The notes under the pieces are model-generated. The model did not search any database, was not told the DNA's origin, and worked only from the letters and a program-made list of their open reading frames with translations. A DNA stretch of 64,000 nt, taken from positions 2,656,001 to 2,720,000 of the forward strand of contig OZ219754.1 in NCBI GenBank assembly GCA_964291295.2, read 5' to 3'. Source of the DNA: an uncultured Candidatus Binatia bacterium (lineage in GTDB: Bacteria > Desulfobacterota > Binatia > UBA9968 > JAJDTQ01). Position 1 is the stretch's first letter. The number at the start of each line of letters is the position of its first letter. The translations under genes and the position numbers were made by a program. This document shows positions 58,615 through 64,000 of this stretch, one piece after another.

Positions 58615-60870
58615 ATGTCGGAACGCGGCCGTGCGGGCGGCCGTCACACCGTCGTTCCCGTCGTGACACTTTCCTATCAAGCCACGCCCCTCGATCCCGC
58701 CGACTGCCGCAAGGCACTGGCGTGCCGCCTGGATGTTCTGAAGGGCATCGGCCCCGTACGGGCGGCCCAGCTGTCCGGGCGCGGCCTCACCACCGTCGAG
58801 GATCTGCTCTACCACCTGCCTTTCCGATACCAGGACCGCCGTCATGTGGCCGCCATTGCCGCCGCGGCGGCGGGGGAGAGCGGCACGTTCGTCGGACAGG
58901 TCAAGACGCTGCGATACGGGCGGACTCGCGGCGGGCGCCGCTTTCTTTCGGGCATGCTGGTCGACGGCGCCGGCGGCAGCCTGGAGCTGGTCTGGTTCAA
59001 CCCGGCTCGCCATGTGGCGGAGAGGCTGCGGGCGGGCCAGCGCCTGTCCGTTTACGGCCGGGTCGTGCCCGGACGCGGCGCACGGCTGAGCATGCCGCAC
59101 CCGGAGTTCGATATCCTCGACGAGGGAACGGCGCCGCAGCTCGAGGTGCGGCCGGTATACGAAAAGCCGGGTGACGTCTCCCAAGCCAGCCTGCGCGGGT
59201 GGGTGGCGCAGGCGCTGGAGCGATTCGGCGGGTTCCTGCCCAGCTTCCTGCCCCCGGCGGTGGCGCGGCAGCGGGGCCTCATCAGTCTGGCACAGGCCCT
59301 GAAGATTCTCCATCGACCGTCCTCCACCAACGGCGGCGGCCGCTCCGGCGTGGAAGGCGTGCCGGCTCCGGATGTCACGGACGGGGAGTGTTCCCTGGCT
59401 CGCCGCTCCCTGGTGTTCGACGAGTTCTTTTACTTTCAGCTGGCGCTGGCGCTGCGGCGGCGGCAACGCCTGGGCCGCGCCGGTTTCCGCTCGCCGCCCG
59501 GGGCCGGGGCGTGGAGCCGCAGGATGCGGGATCTGCTCCCCTACCGCCTCACCGGCGGTCAGGAACGCGTACTGCGGGAGATCTACTCGGACATGGAGTC
59601 ACCGAGTCCCATGCGCCGCCTGCTGCAAGGGGACGTGGGCTCCGGCAAGACGGTGATCGCGTGGCTCGCGGCCCTGCGGGCCATGGAGAACGGCCGCCAG
59701 GCCTTGCTGCTGGCCCCCACGGAGTTGCTTGCAGAGCAGCACTACGAAAGGCTCCGGCCCTACGCGGACCGGCTGGGCCTGCGTGCGGCGCTGCTTGCCG
59801 GCTCTCTTCCCGCGGCCGCGCGGAAAGAGGTCACCGCGCGCATCGGCGACGGCGAGATGGATTTTGTCGTGGGTACGCATGCGCTCATGCAGGAGGGCGT
59901 ATCCATCCCGCGCATGGGGCTGGGCATCGTGGATGAGCAGCACCGCTTCGGCGTGGGTCAGCGCAGCGCCTTCGCCCGTTTGCCCTTGCGGGAGGCGGCG
60001 CCGGGCGTCGCCACGCTCGAGCCGGACCTGCTGCTCATGAGCGCCACCCCCATTCCCCGCAGTCTGGCCATGGTCCTGTCCGGCGACCTGGAAGTGTCGC
60101 TGCTGGATGAGGCGCCGCCGAACCGGACACTGGTGCGCACGATGGTGGTACAGGAGGAGCGAAGACGGGCGGTTTACGAGCGGCTTCGCACCGCGGTGGC
60201 GGCGGGGCGGCAGGCATACTTGGTCTATCCGCTGGTCGAGGAGTCCCGCAAGATGCCCTTGGCGGCGGCCGAGAGCATGGCGCGGGAACTCTCCCGCTCG
60301 GTCATGCGGGGTCTTCGCCTGGGTGTGGTCCACGGCCAGATGCATGCCGGAGAACGCGACCAGGTGATGCGGCGTTTCCGGCAGGGGGAGATCCAGATCC
60401 TGGTGGCCACCACCGTCATCGAGGTGGGCATCGACGTTCCCGGCGCCACACTCATGGTGGTCGAACACGCCGAACGGTTCGGGCTTGCGCAACTGCACCA
60501 GCTCCGGGGCAGGGTGGGACGGGGCCGGGACGAATCCTGCTGCGTCCTGATCCACCACGGCTCCCGGGAGGCGGTGTCTCGACGCCGCCTGGAGATCCTG
60601 GAACGGACCGCCGACGGCTTCGAGGTGGCCGAGGCCGACCTGCGGTTCCGCGGCGCCGGAGAGCTCCTCGGGACGCGCCAAGCGGGTTCTCAGGGGTTCC
60701 GGGTGGCGCATCTCGTGCGGGATCATGCGGTGCTGAGGGATGCCCGGCGCGCCGCCCGGGAATGGCTTTCTCGCGATCCGGACTTGAGGGGCGAGGCCTC
60801 GCGGCACATTCGGAAAGAGCTGCAATTCCGGTGGGGCGAGGGCATGCCGCTGGACACCCGGGCAGATTGA
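58615..60870 (+). CDS. recG: ATP-dependent DNA helicase RecG
   Basis: QGDVGSGKT, DEQHRFG, SATPIPR, QLRGRVGR; start approximate. Confidence 0.95.
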   Translation: MSERGRAGGRHTVVPVVTLSYQATPLDPADCRKALACRLDVLKGIGPVRAAQLSGRGLTTVEDLLYHLPFRYQDRRHVAAIAAAAAGESGTFVGQVKTLRYGRTRGGRRFLSGMLVDGAGGSLELVWFNPARHVAERLRAGQRLSVYGRVVPGRGARLSMPHPEFDILDEGTAPQLEVRPVYEKPGDVSQASLRGWVAQALERFGGFLPSFLPPAVARQRGLISLAQALKILHRPSSTNGGGRSGVEGVPAPDVTDGECSLARRSLVFDEFFYFQLALALRRRQRLGRAGFRSPPGAGAWSRRMRDLLPYRLTGGQERVLREIYSDMESPSPMRRLLQGDVGSGKTVIAWLAALRAMENGRQALLLAPTELLAEQHYERLRPYADRLGLRAALLAGSLPAAARKEVTARIGDGEMDFVVGTHALMQEGVSIPRMGLGIVDEQHRFGVGQRSAFARLPLREAAPGVATLEPDLLLMSATPIPRSLAMVLSGDLEVSLLDEAPPNRTLVRTMVVQEERRRAVYERLRTAVAAGRQAYLVYPLVEESRKMPLAAAESMARELSRSVMRGLRLGVVHGQMHAGERDQVMRRFRQGEIQILVATTVIEVGIDVPGATLMVVEHAERFGLAQLHQLRGRVGRGRDESCCVLIHHGSREAVSRRRLEILERTADGFEVAEADLRFRGAGELLGTRQAGSQGFRVAHLVRDHAVLRDARRAAREWLSRDPDLRGEASRHIRKELQFRWGEGMPLDTRAD

Positions 60871-61014
60871 ACGGAAAGAACCGGGCGCGTCGCATCGCTG
60901 GCCGCCGCCGGCGCCTCCGTGCCGGTGAAGGCGGACACGAACCCTGCCGGCGTCACCCCTGATTTGCGCCCGCAAGGCCAATGGCGTAGAAACAGAACCC
61001 CAGAGGCGCCGCAC

Positions 61015-62193
61015 GTGGAATTCAACCGCATCAAGAGACTGCCGCCCTACGTCTTCAATACCATCAACGACCTCAAGCAGAAGGCGCGGAAGAGGGGAGA
61101 GGACATCGTCGACTTCAGCATGGGAAATCCGGACATGGCGACGCCGGCTCCCATCGTCGACAAGCTGGTGGAGGCGGTGCGAAAACCGCAGAACCACCGC
61201 TACTCCGTGTCGCGCGGCATCTACAAGCTCAGAGTGGCCATCGCCGACTGGTACCAGCGGCGGTACGGGGTGGCCATCGATGCGGATGAAGAGGCCATCG
61301 TCACCATGGGTTCCAAGGAGGGGCTCGCGCACCTGGTGCTGTCCATGATCGATCCGGGCGACGTGGTGCTGTGCCCGAGTCCCACCTATCCCATCCACCA
61401 GTACTCGGTGGTCATCGCTGGCGGCGACCTGCGCAGCATTCCGCTGGCTTCCAGCGAAGGCTTCATGGAACACCTCGAGGAAGCCATCAAGCAGACTTGG
61501 CCGCGGCCCAAGCTGCTGATCCTGAACTTTCCCCACAACCCCACGGCCGAGGTGGTGGAACTTGATTTCTTCGAGCGCATCGTGAGCTTCGCCAAGGCCC
61601 ACGAAATCCTGGTGATCCACGATCTGGCGTACGCGGACCTTACCTTCGACGGCTACGAGCCTCCCAGTTTCCTGCAGGTGCCCGGTGCCAAGGACGTGGG
61701 CGTGGAGTTCTTCACCTTGTCCAAGAGCTACAACATGCCGGGTTGGCGGGTGGGTTTCGCGGTGGGCAACGCGACCATGATCCACGCGCTGGCGCGCCTC
61801 AAGAGCTATCTGGACTACGGCATATTCCAGCCCATCCAGATCGCCGCCATCCATGCGCTGAACAACGCGGACGATGATGTGCGCGCTGTTTCCGAGACCT
61901 ACCGAAACCGGAGGGATGCCTTGGTGGACGGGCTCGCCCGGGTCCACTGGGCGATCCGGAAGCCGCGGGCCACCATGTTCGTGTGGGCCGAAATTCCGGC
62001 TCCCTACAGATCCATGGGCTCGGTGGAATTTTCCAAGCTCCTTCTCAACGAGGCCAGGGTCGCGGTGTCTCCCGGCATCGGCTTCGGCCAGTACGGCGAC
62101 CAGCACGTGCGCTTTGCCCTGATCGAAAACGAGCATCGCACCCGACAGGCGGTGCGCACCATTCGCAAGGCCATGGGCGTCCTGCCCGAATGA
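61015..62193 (+). CDS. alaC: Class I/II PLP aminotransferase (AlaC-like)
   Basis: [42 protein letters not shown]. Confidence 0.85.
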   Translation: MEFNRIKRLPPYVFNTINDLKQKARKRGEDIVDFSMGNPDMATPAPIVDKLVEAVRKPQNHRYSVSRGIYKLRVAIADWYQRRYGVAIDADEEAIVTMGSKEGLAHLVLSMIDPGDVVLCPSPTYPIHQYSVVIAGGDLRSIPLASSEGFMEHLEEAIKQTWPRPKLLILNFPHNPTAEVVELDFFERIVSFAKAHEILVIHDLAYADLTFDGYEPPSFLQVPGAKDVGVEFFTLSKSYNMPGWRVGFAVGNATMIHALARLKSYLDYGIFQPIQIAAIHALNNADDDVRAVSETYRNRRDALVDGLARVHWAIRKPRATMFVWAEIPAPYRSMGSVEFSKLLLNEARVAVSPGIGFGQYGDQHVRFALIENEHRTRQAVRTIRKAMGVLPE

Positions 62194-62203
62194 CCCTCGC
62201 GCC

Positions 62204-63580
62204 ATGGCATCCCGGGTCCACATCGGCATTCTCGGCGCCGGTACCGTGGGCGGTGCGGTCCACGACCTGATTGCGGGCGGCCATCTGGCGCGCTTCGGCG
62301 TCGATGCCGAAGTCGTGAAGGTGTTCACGCGTACCCCCCGGGGAAAGCCGCGCTACGAGACCTCACCGGAACTGTTTACCACCGACCCGGCGGAGGTCAC
62401 CCGTCACGCCGATGTGGATATCGTGGTGGAGGTATTGAGCGCCGGCGGAGCCGAGGATCTTCGGACTCAAAAGGCATGGGTCCTGGACTCGCTTCGCCAC
62501 GGCAAGTCCGTGGCCACCGCCAACAAGGCGCTGCTGGTGGCCCACGGTGCCGAGATCTGGACCACCGCCCGGGAATGCGGCCGGGCGGTCCGCTTCGAAG
62601 CCTGCGTCGCGGGGGGGATTCCCGTCGTCGGCCCGCTGACCCAGAGCCTCGGTGCCGAACGGCCCGCGGCCATCTACGGGCTGCTCAACGGTACCTGCAA
62701 CTTCGTTCTGACGGAAATGGCCCGGCGCGGCAGGTCGTACGAGGACGCGTTGAAGGCGGCCCAGGCCTTGGGCTACGCCGAGGCCGACCCGGAGGCGGAC
62801 GTGAGTGGCCGCGATGCCGAGGCCAAGCTGCTGCTGCTGTCGTCCATCACCTTTGGCGCGAACCTGAAGCCGGGGACCATTCACCGCAAGGGCATTGAGC
62901 GCATCCATGCCATCGACTTCCTGTACGCCGCCAGAAAGGGCCGCGGCACCATCAAGTCCGTGGCATTGGCGCGGAGTGCCGGCGGTGTGCTGGAGGCCAT
63001 GGTGACGCCCATGATGGTGCCCGGACACCATCCCATCGCGGGCATCGACGGCGTGACCAACGCGGTTTTCTTCAAGGGCCGGGTGAGCGACGGTGGAGCG
63101 AAGGACGCCGGTGACTGGGACTATCTGTTCGCGGGTCCGGGGGCGGGCGGCGGCGCCACCGCGGTGGCGGTGCTGGGCGATGTCCACGAACTGGTGGCGC
63201 GTTCGGGCGATACGCCCTTTTTGCCGGTGGAGAGCATCGTCTCCGGGGTGGAGTCGGTGCGTCCGGAAGACGAGTTGAGCGCGTCCTTCTACGTGCGCTT
63301 CGTGGTGAGGGACCAGAGCGGCATTGTCGGCGAGCTTTGCCAGATTTTCGGGGAGAAGCAGATCAACGTCTCCGAAGTCTGGCAACTCCGGCATACCCGG
63401 GAAGAGCTGAAGTCGCTTGTAGCGTCGGGGAAAGGCGGCGGCGCACCCGACGGGATCCTTCCGTTCGTGATCACCCTGGAAGAGACCCGTGTCGGCCAAC
63501 TCCGCCAAGCCCTGGGACGCATCGTGGAAAAGGACTTTCTGCTGGCGGAACCCTTCTGGCTGCCCATATGGCGGGTCTGA
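62204..63580 (+). CDS. hom: Homoserine dehydrogenase with C-terminal ACT-like domain
   Basis: GAGTVG, TANK, EACVAGGIP, NGTCNF, GYAEADP, GPGAGG. Confidence 0.93.
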   Translation: MASRVHIGILGAGTVGGAVHDLIAGGHLARFGVDAEVVKVFTRTPRGKPRYETSPELFTTDPAEVTRHADVDIVVEVLSAGGAEDLRTQKAWVLDSLRHGKSVATANKALLVAHGAEIWTTARECGRAVRFEACVAGGIPVVGPLTQSLGAERPAAIYGLLNGTCNFVLTEMARRGRSYEDALKAAQALGYAEADPEADVSGRDAEAKLLLLSSITFGANLKPGTIHRKGIERIHAIDFLYAARKGRGTIKSVALARSAGGVLEAMVTPMMVPGHHPIAGIDGVTNAVFFKGRVSDGGAKDAGDWDYLFAGPGAGGGATAVAVLGDVHELVARSGDTPFLPVESIVSGVESVRPEDELSASFYVRFVVRDQSGIVGELCQIFGEKQINVSEVWQLRHTREELKSLVASGKGGGAPDGILPFVITLEETRVGQLRQALGRIVEKDFLLAEPFWLPIWRV

Positions 63581-63634
63581 CCAGGCGTCCCGCACCCGGA
63601 TACGGGGGCGAGCCGGGCTTTCGAGGGAAGGCCC

Positions 63635-64000
63635 ATGGCTGACCGCGGCCATCGGGCGGCGCTGGTGGCGGTACGGGACAGCCGCCGCTTCGGTCTTCAG
63701 GTGCTGTCGCGGTCCGTGGCCGCCGGCGCGGTCACCCTGTCTTTTCCCGGGGACCGTATCGACCGCGAAGACCACGCGGCGGCGACCTTGCGGCGCTGCC
63801 ACCACGCGGCGGAAGACAGGGCGCGCCGGTTGCCCGGACACGGGCTGACCCCGGCGTATGCCGTGGGTTGTCGCGTTGCCGCGGCAAGAGTGCTGCTGGC
63901 CACCACGGGCATTCTGTTTGTCGTCGAGGGAGGGCGGCCGGTTCCCGCGGGACGGAGGGTACTGCCGCGGGAGCGTCGAGCCGTGAGCGGAAGCGGACTG
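63635..64000 (+). CDS. Possible hypothetical protein, runs off the window
   Basis: ATG preceded by GAGGGAAG; frame open to the window end; no recognisable motif. Confidence 0.3.
   Translation, partial: MADRGHRAALVAVRDSRRFGLQVLSRSVAAGAVTLSFPGDRIDREDHAAATLRRCHHAAEDRARRLPGHGLTPAYAVGCRVAAARVLLATTGILFVVEGGRPVPAGRRVLPRERRAVSGSGL

Overview
High-GC bacterial chromosome segment with no integrase, transposase, phage or CRISPR signal. Gene content and order (REC-valS-birA-coaX-EF-G2, icd-mdh-sucCD-ndk-rlmN-mtnP, ccmABCDEFGH, lepA-lepB-carAB) suggest a deltaproteobacterial-type lineage such as Ca. Binatia; this is inference. About 70% is housekeeping. The accessory parts are: (1) a minus-strand catabolic cluster at 1-10.7 kb with two UbiD decarboxylases, a three-subunit xanthine-dehydrogenase-family Mo enzyme, a tandem pair of COG1233 flavoproteins (one with degenerate FAD motifs) and an SDR; (2) three tandem, divergent ornithine-cyclodeaminase/mu-crystallin paralogs; (3) a consensus sigma54 promoter upstream of a homoserine-kinase-like ORF with three substituted catalytic/metal residues (putative pseudokinase), coupled to an intact PPP phosphatase and divergent from an atypical cold-shock/OB-fold gene; (4) a menG-coupled unknown membrane protein; (5) an amidohydrolase with substituted metal ligands next to GGT and alpha/beta-hydrolase genes. 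One tRNA-Leu(CAG) is present. A ccmD gene and the edge-truncated UbiD are missing from the ORF track and were translated by hand.
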